Shown here: piece after piece, positions 22,857 to 31,961 of the stretch | How the letters are laid out: each line of letters begins with the position of its first letter | How positions within the stretch are numbered: position 1 is the first letter of the stretch | Assembly: GCA_049840735.1 (NCBI GenBank) | Contig: JASGJN010000022.1 | Span: 1-64,000 of the forward strand | Source of the DNA: Anaeromyxobacter sp. | GTDB taxonomy: Bacteria; Myxococcota; Myxococcia; Myxococcales; Anaeromyxobacteraceae | Reading direction: 5' to 3' | DNA: 64,000 nucleotides | Notes under the pieces: model-generated | Seen by the model: the letters and a program-made list of their open reading frames with translations, nothing else | Databases searched by the model: none | What the model was told of the DNA's origin: nothing | Program-made: the position numbers and the translations under genes

Positions 22857-23519
22857 TCAGTCTCCTTGGCAACGCCCCTGGATCGGGGCGGCCGGAGGAG
22901 CTACCGCGCCCCGGCCGGCGGGTCCGGCCCCGGGTCGTGTTGGATCGTGCTGGCCCTGGGACGCCGCCGGGCAGGCCGGGGGCCGAAACCGAGCGGCGGG
23001 GGCAGCGTGGCCAGGTGATCCGCGGCCAACCCACGCAGACGTCACCACTGCCGCCTCGGTCCCCAGGGCCGAGCGGATCGAAGTGACGGTGGGCTCGCGG
23101 CCAGCGAGGAGCCCGGGCAGGAGGCCGATCACCGCGGCCAGGCCGGCGTGGACCAGCCGGACACGACGCCGCACCCACCGCACCGCGCCCGGCAGCTCGA
23201 TGTCGGGCCGCAGCGCCTCGCTGGCGGCTTCGCGGGTCCCGGCCTCGGCGGCGGCCACCACCGCGTCCACCTCGGCCAGCGAGCCCGTCAGCCGCGCCGC
23301 CAGGCAGTCCGGCAGCAGGCTGATGCTGGTCCGCGCCTTCGGGCACCACCACCGGGCCACCCGGCAGCCCACCGGCCAGACCCGCTCGTAGGTACCGTGC
23401 CGGGCGAGGCCGCAGCCGCCCTCCGGGTGCAGCGGGCAGCGCTCCAAGCTTGCGGAGCGCCACGCCTCCTGCTTAACGTACTCCTCGCTGGTGAGCCCGG
23501 TCGCTAGCCGAACTTGCAC
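22857..23519 (-). CDS. Cys/His zinc-binding accessory protein of the element (DUF6431-like)
   Basis: CPLH..GCGLARHGTYER...RWWCP...SLLPDCLA, immediately upstream of the integrase. Confidence 0.6.
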   Translation of the reverse strand: MQVRLATGLTSEEYVKQEAWRSASLERCPLHPEGGCGLARHGTYERVWPVGCRVARWWCPKARTSISLLPDCLAARLTGSLAEVDAVVAAAEAGTREAASEALRPDIELPGAVRWVRRRVRLVHAGLAAVIGLLPGLLAGREPTVTSIRSALGTEAAVVTSAWVGRGSPGHAAPAARFRPPACPAASQGQHDPTRPGAGPAGRGAVAPPAAPIQGRCQGD

Positions 23520-24192
23520 CAGCCGCGGCCCGCACCGCTCCAACGGTGGCGGGCCATTCTCTTGTCCTGGGCCGGACCCCATGCCCGGCGCGAGCCGGCA
23601 GGGTCACCCAGAGTGCGATGGTGGGGAAGTTTCCGGTCAGCCGATCACCGCGCTGGGCCACCAGCGCCGGCGGTGAGCTGGGGAATCAGACCGAGCAGGA
23701 TCGGGCGGTGGACCGCGGAACTACGCGGGAGCCGACACTCGAGGGTGTGCAGCTGCCGGCGAGCAAGGCGACACCGCGCGAACTCGCGACGAAGGCGCGA
23801 GACGCCGCATTGCGCGCGGGATCGCGAGCGTGTACTCAGCCGGGAGCGTGATCGAGCGCGACCCGCGAGACGCCGAGATCGAAGCCCTGCGGGCGCAGCT
23901 CGCGAGGATGACCGCCACGGCGGAGGCGCTGAAGGTGCGCGCCGAGGCGGCCGAGCACGAGCGGAACGAGTTCCGCAAGCTCTACGTCCTGGTCACCTAC
24001 GAGCTGGAGCGGCTCAAGCGCCAGCTCTTCGGCAAGAAGGCCGAGACCGTGGACCCGACTCAGGTCCAGCTCGCCTTCGGCCCGGTGCTCGACGCACTGG
24101 AGCGCGCCCGCGCCGGCGGCGAAGCCGAGCGCACCGAGGTCGAGGCCCAGGCTCGAGAGCCTCCGCGAACGCGCCCGCGCCGAGGTCGCGCG

Positions 24193-24545
24193 CCGCTGAC
24201 CGCTCGCACCAGCGCGCTCCGGCTCACAGAGAGCGCCTCTTCGCGGTATTGCGGTGGGCCGGGTTCTAAGCGCTACCTGAGCCATCCCTTCATATCAGGC
24301 CGAAGACCTCGCGGAAGATCCGGTGTTCGCGGAGCAGCTCGCCGAACGTCGCATGAGCGCCTCGGCGCGCTCCTCCTTCATCGTCGGTAGGGCCGCATAG
24401 TGGAAGAGGCCCTGGTTCAGCAGCGAGAGTGTCCGGCGCTTTACCGTGTTGGTCTTCAGGTACTTGTCGATCCCGATGGCCTCGCCGGCGGCCCCCAGGA
24501 TCGTGAGGAGCGCGATGGCGATGGCGCTCACGAGCAGCGCGCGTG
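24193..24545 (-). mobile_element. Copy 2 of the 229-bp repeat, extending into a longer IS4-family transposase 3' fragment
   Basis: LLVSAIAIALLTILGAAGEAIGIDKYLKTNTVKRRTLSLLNQG; terminal-like ctgagccatccc at 24277. Confidence 0.7.
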
Positions 24546-24757
24546 GAGGCGCAGCTGCGGGACCACCCTGGCGCAGTGTCCGTAGCCTGGGGCCGCGCCC
24601 TGGGGCTGGGATCAGATGAGTGGGTCTTCGCCAGCGATCAGGGCATCGGGTTCTACTCACGGCCTGGTTGGCAGGCTGAGTGGGTGCCGAAGGTGAGTGG
24701 GCTGCGGGATCAGGTCGGACCCAGGGGTGGTTCGTGGCTCGCAGGTGAGGTAGCCGG

Positions 24758-25717
24758 CTACTCGATGATGCGCCCGATCCGCTCCCAGCGCGGTCCGCTC
24801 GGGCCCCACGAGAAGTAGATCCAGGCGGCGCGCCCGATCACCCGCAGCTCCGGGATGGGGCCGTAGTAGCGCGAGTCGGCCGAGCGCGGGCGGTTGTCAC
24901 CCACGACGTAGACGTGGCCTTCGGGGACCTGCACCGGCCCGGCGTCCTCGCCGCAGGGCTCGTCGGGCACGCAGAGCGTATGGTACGCGCGCCCATCCAG
25001 CCGCTCGACGGCGTCGATGCAGGCCACCTCCTCCCACGACCCGTCCGTACCGCGATTCCAGTAGGAGCAGGGGCCGGCGGACGGCGTGCGCTCCACGGGG
25101 ACGTCGTTCAGGATCAGGCCGCCTGCCCGCAGGGCGATCGTGTCACCGCCGATCGCCACCACGCGCTTGATGAGAGGATCGCGCCGCGCAGCGCCAGCGG
25201 CCGGGCCGTGGATCACCACGTCACCCCGCCGGACCGGCTGGCCTGGGATCATCACGATGAAGTCGCCGTTCTGGACAGTCGGGTTCATGCTGCCGGCGGG
25301 GGCGTGGAACGTGCGCGGCATCCAGCGCTGGAAGGGCACCTGGACCACGGTGGTCGCGAGGACGCTGGCGAGGTAGACCGCGACCAGCGCCCACGGCCGG
25401 CTGGCCCAGCGGCGCGCATCCGGCTTCGTCGCGCGCGCGAGGCGAGCGGCCAGGATGGCCTGGCCAATCCACCAGACCAGCAACACGGTCGCCGCCGCGG
25501 CGGTGGGGCGCGGGCCGATGCGCAGCGCCGCCACGAAGCCGCCCTGCAGCGCCAGCCAGGCGAGATGGACGAGGACGCCGGCCAGCAGCCGCCCGGCGTA
25601 GACGTGGCCGAGCCCGTTGCAGAGGAGGCCCAGCAGGCCCGCCACCAGCGGCCGCGGCTGGAACACGGTCGGGCCTGGCCTGGTCGGGACGGCAGGGGTG
25701 GTGAGGACGGGGTCCAT
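24758..25717 (-). CDS. lepB: Signal peptidase I with extra N-terminal TM helices
   Basis: GSMNPT (Ser), IKRVVA (Lys), GDNRPRSADSRYYG. Confidence 0.9.
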   Translation of the reverse strand: MDPVLTTPAVPTRPGPTVFQPRPLVAGLLGLLCNGLGHVYAGRLLAGVLVHLAWLALQGGFVAALRIGPRPTAAAATVLLVWWIGQAILAARLARATKPDARRWASRPWALVAVYLASVLATTVVQVPFQRWMPRTFHAPAGSMNPTVQNGDFIVMIPGQPVRRGDVVIHGPAAGAARRDPLIKRVVAIGGDTIALRAGGLILNDVPVERTPSAGPCSYWNRGTDGSWEEVACIDAVERLDGRAYHTLCVPDEPCGEDAGPVQVPEGHVYVVGDNRPRSADSRYYGPIPELRVIGRAAWIYFSWGPSGPRWERIGRIIE

Positions 25718-25743
25718 GCCACCAACCTAGCAGGTGCGGGCCG

Positions 25744-26394
25744 TCAGAGGTCGAATGCGCCCCGGAGGCCAACCTGGAACAGGTGGTGAAGCTTCTTGTC
25801 CGGGATCTCGGCGGAGACCGTCCCGGCGTCGGAGGTGGGGCCGGCGTCCACCACCTCGGTGGAGTACCGGCCGATGCTCCACATCAGGAACGGACCGGCC
25901 GAGAGGGAAGGCCCCAGCCGCCAGTCGGCGCCGCCCTGGAGGTTCACCAGCTCCCAGCCCTTGTACGTGAGCGACTGGCCGCCGCCCTCGGTGGTGTTCC
26001 ACTCGTAGCCAGTGCCCAGCCCGAGCCAAGGCGCCATGGCGCGGCTGGCCGGGTCCGCGTAGGTGACCTCCAGGCCGACCCGCGTGACGTGCTGGGTACA
26101 GCTCACGCCGGCCTCGTCGCAGGATCGGTCAATCGGATCCGCCGGCTGTGCGAAGGCGTAGGAGAAGTACCCGCCCAGCCTGAGCTGCGGCGAGACCTTG
26201 AAGAGCAGGTCCACCTGGAGGGGAACGGCGCTGCTGGTCAGGTCGCGCATCTCCACCGTGACCCCGTCGGCCGAGCCGACGGAGCCGGCGGCGGCGGCGA
26301 AGCCGACCCGGAGTCCGAGCGACAGCTGCGCCTGGGCTGCCAGCGGCGCCCCGAGGGCCGCCGAGGTGATCGCAAGCGCGAGGAGCTTCTTCAT
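25744..26394 (-). CDS. Outer-membrane beta-barrel protein
   Basis: MKKLLALA...AQA signal peptide, amphipathic strands, C-terminal GLRGAFDL; paralogue of the next gene. Confidence 0.8.
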   Translation of the reverse strand: MKKLLALAITSAALGAPLAAQAQLSLGLRVGFAAAAGSVGSADGVTVEMRDLTSSAVPLQVDLLFKVSPQLRLGGYFSYAFAQPADPIDRSCDEAGVSCTQHVTRVGLEVTYADPASRAMAPWLGLGTGYEWNTTEGGGQSLTYKGWELVNLQGGADWRLGPSLSAGPFLMWSIGRYSTEVVDAGPTSDAGTVSAEIPDKKLHHLFQVGLRGAFDL

Positions 26395-26582
26395 GTCCTT
26401 CCTCCCGCGCCGGCTCGCCAGCGCCGGGGGAGGAGACACCCAAGACGGCAGCGCCGGGGGGCGACACAGCGCCGCGGGCGGTTTCCGGTGCACCGCAAAG
26501 GCCGGCCGCCGCCCGGCGCAAGCGAGCCGGCCCGCATCTGCGGACCGGCTCGCAGACTTCAGGATGCTGAGCGAAGGCGACG

Positions 26583-27197
26583 CTACATCCCGAACGTCCC
26601 GCGGATGCCGATCTCGAACCAGTGGTGGATGGTCTCGTCCACAATCTCGCCCGCGGCGTCGCCGCTGGAGTCGCTGTACCGGCCGATGCTCCACATGGCG
26701 AAGGGGCCGGCGGTGAAGCTCTGGCCCACCTTCCAGTCCACGCCGCCCTGCAGGTTCAGGAGCTCCCAGCCGCTCGCGTCGGCGTCGTGGCCCTCGATCT
26801 CGGTGTTGTTCCACTCCCAGCCGGTGCCGGCGCCGATCCAGGGCTGGGCAGATCCGGGCGGGGTGAGGAAGCTGTACTGGGCCTGCACGCCCAGCCGGAC
26901 GATCGACTGCGAGCAGTCGTAGCCGAAGGCGTCGCAGCTGTCGTCGAGGTCGTTCCCCATCTGCGCGAAGCCGTAGGAGCCGTAGAAGCCCAGCTTGAGC
27001 TGCGGGTTGACGGTGAAGAGCAGGTCGGCCTGCAGCGGGACGTTGCTCTTGCTCCAGTCGGACAGGTCCACGCCCTCGGTCAGCTCGCCCCCGGCGAACG
27101 CGTAGCCGAGCCGGAGCCCCAGCGACGTCTGGGCCTGCGCCGCGAGCGGCGCGGAAAGAGCCGCCGCAGCGGCCGCCATCACGAGAAGCTTCTTCAT
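26583..27197 (-). CDS. Outer-membrane beta-barrel protein (tandem paralogue)
   Basis: MKKLL...AQA signal peptide; shares VPLQxDLLF, GxGxEWNTT/NNT, GWELxNLQGG and WSIGRYS with its neighbour. Confidence 0.8.
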   Translation of the reverse strand: MKKLLVMAAAAAALSAPLAAQAQTSLGLRLGYAFAGGELTEGVDLSDWSKSNVPLQADLLFTVNPQLKLGFYGSYGFAQMGNDLDDSCDAFGYDCSQSIVRLGVQAQYSFLTPPGSAQPWIGAGTGWEWNNTEIEGHDADASGWELLNLQGGVDWKVGQSFTAGPFAMWSIGRYSDSSGDAAGEIVDETIHHWFEIGIRGTFGM

Positions 27198-27568
27198 GCT
27201 GTTCCCCTCCGGCGCCGGTGAGCCGGCGCACGCAATGGTGGACCCGCAGCGCGCAGGCGACGAAGCGCCCACGCGGCGGGGTCCGGCATCACGCGTGCGC
27301 GCGCCGCCAGGACGGATGGCTGCTATTCACGGCGCGTGCCGAGCGAGGAACGCCGCGAGATCAGCAGGTTTGCGCGGGAAGGGCGGAGGCCGGGGCGTGG
27401 CCCCGGTTCACAGGCGTGGCGGCTCGGCGCCAGCCGGTGGCCCCGGTGCTCGCCGCTTCATTGGACGCGCCGGCGCCGAAAACCTCGACCAGCGGTCCGT
27501 CCCCTGGAATCCTGCCGGCGCACCGCCGCGCTCCGCCTGCCGGGGCCGGCACCGACCCGGAGATCCCC

Positions 27569-28375
27569 GTGCCGCTCCCGCTCGCTCCACTGCTCCTCGC
27601 CGCACTGCTCGCGCCGCCACCTTCCAGCCTGGAGGCCATCCCGCTGCCGCCCGGGTCCGCGCGCGACGGCGCCGAGGAGGCGCGGCGGGCGTCCTGGGGC
27701 CGGCCGCCGTACCTCCCCGGCCCGGCCGACACGGCAGTGGGCGAGGAGCTGGGCGGCGAGCTGCTCCAGGGCCGCCGCTTCCAGGTCTTCACCACCCGTC
27801 GCTCTGCGGCGGAGGCCGTGGCCTTCTACCGCCGCACGCTGGGCGGCGCGAAGGGGCGCTGCAACGGCGACGACCTTACGGACCCGCGCCAGCTGGCGGC
27901 GGGCGGGAGCTCGCCGGTGCTGGCATCGACCTGCACCTCCGGCGGCGGAGACGTCAGCCACCCGTTCCGCTGGCGCCACCGCGAGGCGGGCGGCGCGCTG
28001 GTCACGCTGGAGGTGGCGGTGGAGGAGCCGACCGCCGGCAGCCGCAGCGTGCGGCTGGTGCTGCTCGAGGCCCGCTACGCAGGTGCGGCCGCGGCCGCCG
28101 CGCCGGACCAGGCCGAGCTGGGCGTGCCGGTCCACCCCTCCATGCGCCACGACGTGAACGCCTCGGTGAAGGGCGTGGTCGAGGTGCAGGCCTTCCGCTC
28201 CAGCGCCACGGTGGAGACGCTGGCGGCCTTCTACAGGTCGGCGCTCCACCGCGACCCGAGCGACGCCGACGGCAAGCGGGTCTTCATCCTGGGAGACCCG
28301 CCCGACTACAACCACACGCTGGTGATCGAGCGCGACTCCGCCGGGCAGACCTGGGTGAAGCTCGTGCGCATGTGA
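27569..28375 (+). CDS. Hypothetical exported protein
   Basis: Hydrophobic N-terminus, high GC3 frame, two internal AFYR-containing halves. Confidence 0.55.
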   Translation: MPLPLAPLLLAALLAPPPSSLEAIPLPPGSARDGAEEARRASWGRPPYLPGPADTAVGEELGGELLQGRRFQVFTTRRSAAEAVAFYRRTLGGAKGRCNGDDLTDPRQLAAGGSSPVLASTCTSGGGDVSHPFRWRHREAGGALVTLEVAVEEPTAGSRSVRLVLLEARYAGAAAAAAPDQAELGVPVHPSMRHDVNASVKGVVEVQAFRSSATVETLAAFYRSALHRDPSDADGKRVFILGDPPDYNHTLVIERDSAGQTWVKLVRM

Positions 28376-28407
28376 CGCGCAGCGGGGCGGTGCCGAAGGG
28401 CGCGTGC

Positions 28408-29445
28408 TCACGGGCGCGCCAGCGCCGCCGCGATGGCCTGCCGCTCGGTGGCGCCGGCCGGATCGCCCTCCAGCTGCTGCCGCCGGTACTCCAGCCACTG
28501 GCGCTCGTCCTCGCTGGCCGGCCCGGCCGCGCTGATGCGGGCCACCGCGGCGCTGAAGACGGCGTGGAAGTCGGGCTGCCGGCCGTCCAGGTCGGTGTGG
28601 CCGTAGCGCCGCGCCAGCGTCCAGGAGGCCAGCACCTGTCCGGCCAGCGCGCCGGCGCCGGGATCGGCGGCCAGCGCGGCCACGCCGCGGCCGACGTAGC
28701 GCGGCGTCTCCGACTCGGAGAAGAAGGGGACCCGCTCCGCCGCCTCGCGCCAGGTCTCCTCGGTCACGCCGTGCAGGTCGAGCATGCCCTCTGAGCGGAG
28801 ATAGCCGGGCGTGACGGCCAGCGCGGTGATGCGGTCGTGGCCGCGGGCCCGCAGGTCGCAGGCCACCGCCAGCGCGAGCCGCACCGGGATCACCTTGGCC
28901 AGGTCGTAGCCCAGCATGCCGCGGTAGCCGGGGAAGTCGCCGTCGGTCACCTCCACCACCAGCCCGGCGCCGCGCGCCAGCAGCAGCGGCAGCGCGTGAC
29001 GGAGCGTGAGCACGTGGGTGCGCAGCACCGTCTCCACCATGCGGAAGACCTTGTCCGGCTCGAGCTCCCAGGCGGCCGCGCCGAACTCGATCAGCGCGTC
29101 GCCGCCCCACACGTCGTTCACCAGCACGTCCAGCCCGCCGCGCTCGGCGCGGATGCGCGCCGCCAGCGCCTCCACCTGCGCCGCCTCGAGGTGGTCCACC
29201 TTGACGGCGATCCCCTCTCCGCCCAGCGCGGTCACGCGCTCGGCCGTCTCCTCGATGGTCTCCGGCCTGTGCGCCAGGTCGAACGGCGCCCCGGCCCCCT
29301 GGCCGCGGCCGGGATCGGCGCGGGTGGAGCGGCCGGTGCAATAGACGGTGGCCCCGGCCTCGCCCAGCGCCTCGGCGATGCCACGCCCCGTGCCCCGCGT
29401 GGCCCCGGCCACCAGCGCCACCTTTGCTCGAAGCGCTCCGCCCAT
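28408..29445 (-). CDS. SDR family oxidoreductase
   Basis: VAGATRGTGRGIA, LDVLVNDVWGG, YDLAK. Confidence 0.9.
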   Translation of the reverse strand: MGGALRAKVALVAGATRGTGRGIAEALGEAGATVYCTGRSTRADPGRGQGAGAPFDLAHRPETIEETAERVTALGGEGIAVKVDHLEAAQVEALAARIRAERGGLDVLVNDVWGGDALIEFGAAAWELEPDKVFRMVETVLRTHVLTLRHALPLLLARGAGLVVEVTDGDFPGYRGMLGYDLAKVIPVRLALAVACDLRARGHDRITALAVTPGYLRSEGMLDLHGVTEETWREAAERVPFFSESETPRYVGRGVAALAADPGAGALAGQVLASWTLARRYGHTDLDGRQPDFHAVFSAAVARISAAGPASEDERQWLEYRRQQLEGDPAGATERQAIAAALARP

Positions 29446-29567
29446 GGCCGCAGACATGGCGGCCCGGCTGGCGCGCCGCATCACCCTGGCGGAGCGGTCC
29501 AGGTCGGGCGAGGTGGGAGCGCAAACCCCTTCTCATGCCGGGTCGAGCCCGCTACCGTCCATTCACC

Positions 29568-30479
29568 ATGAGCGATCTCGGGCAGACGCGCGTGTTCGGC
29601 CACGCGACCCACGGCGTGGTGGCCATCGGGCTGCGGCGGCGGCCCCTCTCCGACCTCTACCACCGGCTGGTCACCGGCTCCTGGACGCGCCTCCTCCTCA
29701 CCTACGCGCTGGTCTACTTCGTCACCGAGGCGCTCTTCGAGGCGGCCCACTACGCGCTGGAGGGGGCCGGCGCGGTGCCGCGCGGCACGCTGGCGGCGGC
29801 GCTGGTGGGGCTGGCCCGGGGTGCGCCGCTGGCCGAGGTCTCGGCCTCGTTCGAGCCGCGCGCGCTGCTGGCCGGCTCGCTGCGCGGCCTGGAGGGCTTC
29901 ACGCGCTGGGCCGAGCTGGTGATCGGCGCCGGCCTGGTGCTGACCAAGTTCGCGCTGCTCAAGGCGCGGGTGCTCTTCAGCCAGGTGGCGGTGCTGGGGC
30001 CGCACGCCGACGGCGACGCGCTGCTGTTCCGGATCGCCAACGAGCGCGCCGGCCACGTGGTGGACGCGCGCCTGTCGGTGATGCTGGTCCGCAACGAGCT
30101 GGACGAGGACGGCGAGGTGATCCGGCGCGCCCACGACCTCCCGCTGCTGCGCGGCGGCACGGCGCTCTTCTCCCACGCCTGGACGGCGGTGCACCGGGTG
30201 GACCGGCAGAGCCCGCTCTCCGGCGAGACGCCCGCCACCCTGGCCGCCGCCGAGGCCGAGCTGCTGGTCACCTTCACCGGCTACGACGAGGGGCTCTCCC
30301 GCGCCATCCACGCCCGCCACGTCTACGGCCCGGAGCGGATCCGCTGGGCGGTGCACTTCGCGCCCATCGTGACCTGCCTGCCCGACGGCCGGCGGGCCGT
30401 GGACTACAGGCGCTTCCATGAGGTCATCCCGGTCGAGGACCCGCCGGCGGGGACGCCCCGGCGGGCCAGGGCAGGCTGA
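29568..30479 (+). CDS. KirBac-like inward-rectifier channel homologue lacking the TVGYG filter
   Basis: DLYHRLVTGSW slide helix, ARVLFSQVAV, LLFRIANER, WTAVHRVDRQSPL, HARHVY, VDYRRFH. Confidence 0.85.
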   Translation: MSDLGQTRVFGHATHGVVAIGLRRRPLSDLYHRLVTGSWTRLLLTYALVYFVTEALFEAAHYALEGAGAVPRGTLAAALVGLARGAPLAEVSASFEPRALLAGSLRGLEGFTRWAELVIGAGLVLTKFALLKARVLFSQVAVLGPHADGDALLFRIANERAGHVVDARLSVMLVRNELDEDGEVIRRAHDLPLLRGGTALFSHAWTAVHRVDRQSPLSGETPATLAAAEAELLVTFTGYDEGLSRAIHARHVYGPERIRWAVHFAPIVTCLPDGRRAVDYRRFHEVIPVEDPPAGTPRRARAG

Positions 30480-30515
30480 AGCGCCGTCCTTGGCGCCTTG
30501 CGTTAGATTCTCGCC

Positions 30516-30980
30516 ATGGCCTTCCGGATCTGCCCCGCCTGCGGCCGCCCCCAGGGGACCAACGCCGCCTGCCTCTCCTGCCGCGAAGCTGCGGCGCGCG
30601 AGCTGGCCAAGGACGCTCGGGACATCACGCCAGCGTCGGCCGGCCTCCAGGCCGAGCGGGCGCGCGGCTTCCTGGAGAAGCCGCCGTGGTACGCGCGCGC
30701 CGCGCCGGGCAAGCTGCGCGAGAAGCTGCGGCTGCTCTGGATGGTGCTGCGCGACTACGCCAACGGCACCTACCGCCAGTTCCCGTGGAAGGCGGTGGGG
30801 GCGGTGGTGGCCGCGGTGGTGTACGTGGTCTCGCCCGTCGACCTGATCCCGGACTTCCTCGGCCCGCTGGGCCTGACCGACGACCTGGTGGCCCTGGCGG
30901 TGACCTGGGGCCTGGTGAAGCGCGAGCTGCGCGACTACTGCCAGTGGAAGGGGCTGTCGCCGGGGCACTTCGGGCTGTAG
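30516..30980 (+). CDS. DUF1232 (YkvA) membrane protein with N-terminal CxxC..CxxC
   Basis: YVVSPVDLIPDFLGPLGLTDD motif. Confidence 0.85.
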   Translation: MAFRICPACGRPQGTNAACLSCREAAARELAKDARDITPASAGLQAERARGFLEKPPWYARAAPGKLREKLRLLWMVLRDYANGTYRQFPWKAVGAVVAAVVYVVSPVDLIPDFLGPLGLTDDLVALAVTWGLVKRELRDYCQWKGLSPGHFGL

Positions 30981-30992
30981 GCGGATCCCTGG

Positions 30993-31037
30993 CCTTCGAC
31001 TCCGCCGCCTTGCGGCGGCTACGCTCAGGCCGAACGG
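30993..31037 (+). repeat. REP-like palindrome (CCTTCGACT-hairpin-TACGCTCAGGxCGAACGG)
   Basis: Same unit recurs at 31807, 31888(-), 35790, 35928(-), 41031, 41164(-) and 58362. Confidence 0.85.
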
Positions 31038-31358
31038 TTCACGGTCCGTGCGCCCTGAGCCCTTCGACTCCGCGTTCCCACGCTCGAGCGGCTGCGCGCC
31101 GGGCTGCGCGCGCTGCTGGGCGCCGGGCTGGGCGCGTGGGTGCCCTCGGCGCTGGGCGGTTGGCTGGGCCTGCCCGCGCCGGTCTGGCTGGTGGGCGTGA
31201 ACCTGGGCCACGACCAGCGGGGTGTTCGCCGCGGGCTGGGCGCGGACGGAGCCGGTCCCGCAAGGGTCGCGCCGCCGCCTGCGCGTTGTGCTCTGCTCGA
31301 CCCGGCCGCCTCGCGATCACGTCCCGGCGGCCCTCATCCAACCGCACCCGGAGTCACC

Positions 31359-31787
31359 ATGCGCCGCCTCGTCACCGCCCTCGCCCTCTGCCTCGCCAGC
31401 TCCGCGCTGGCCGCCAACGTCACCTCGGCCAAGGGCGACAAGGGCCCGCCCGCCCACGCGCAGCAGGAGCGGATGAAGGTCTGCAACGAGAAGGCGACCG
31501 GGATGAAGGGCGACGAGCGCAGCGCCTTCATGTCCAAGTGCCTCAAGGGCGAGGACGAGGCCAAGCCGGCCAACGCGCAGCAGGAGCGGATGAAGGACTG
31601 CAACGCGAAGGCGAAGGGCATGAAGGGCGACGAGCGGAGCGCCTTCATGTCGAAGTGCCTGAAGGCCGAGGACGCGGTCAAGCCGGTCAACGCGCAGCAG
31701 GAGAAGATGAAGACCTGCAACGAGCAGGCGAAGGGCAAGAAGGGCCCCGAGCGCGAGGCCTTCATGAGCGAGTGCCTGAAGAAGTAG
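31359..31787 (+). CDS. psiF: PsiF-repeat protein (three repeats)
   Basis: Signal peptide plus three copies of AQQE(R/K)MKxCNxxAxGxKGxERxAFMSxCLK. Confidence 0.85.
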   Translation: MRRLVTALALCLASSALAANVTSAKGDKGPPAHAQQERMKVCNEKATGMKGDERSAFMSKCLKGEDEAKPANAQQERMKDCNAKAKGMKGDERSAFMSKCLKAEDAVKPVNAQQEKMKTCNEQAKGKKGPEREAFMSECLKK

Positions 31788-31806
31788 CCGCCCGGTCAGC
31801 GCCTGA

Positions 31807-31936
31807 CCTTCGACTCCGCGGGTCCTGCGGGCCCGTTACGCTCAGGCCGAACGGGGTGCACTCAAGGGCGAACGGGCTCGAGGAGAGCCGTTCGCCCTGA
31901 GCGTAGCCGCCGCGAAGCGGCGGCGGAGTCGAAGGG
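31807..31936. repeat. Inverted REP pair (REPIN-like) between convergent genes
   Basis: Forward unit 31807-31854, reverse unit 31888-31936. Confidence 0.85.
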
Positions 31937-31961
31937 CAGGGCTACGCGGCGTGGACGGCGC

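Larger units (their letters stand above)
20218..23737 (-). mobile_element. 3.5-kb IS21/Mu-like transposable element with TG..CA ends, inserted in IS66 tnpB
   Basis: 7-bp target duplication ctcgagg at 20211-20217 and 23738-23744; ends tgttgtctcccacg / tgtcggctcccgcg; removal restores tnpB ILEGVQL. Confidence 0.88.
19541..24160 (+). mobile_element. IS66 element (tnpA 19601-19927; tnpB from 19924, interrupted and resuming 23738-23851; truncated tnpC from 23848)
   Basis: TnpA WVDSGLSAKEF...TLAHWRWR; TnpB PVDMRRGF...FVFFNKRRDKLKLLW; TnpC LKRQLFGKKAE. Confidence 0.85.

Noticed and set aside
24545..24757. Short AT-richer stretch at the island boundary as a gene or att site
   Set aside because: No recognisable motif, tRNA or matching repeat found
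31420..31787. ~120-bp tandem DNA repeats
   Set aside because: Explained by the three coding PsiF repeats
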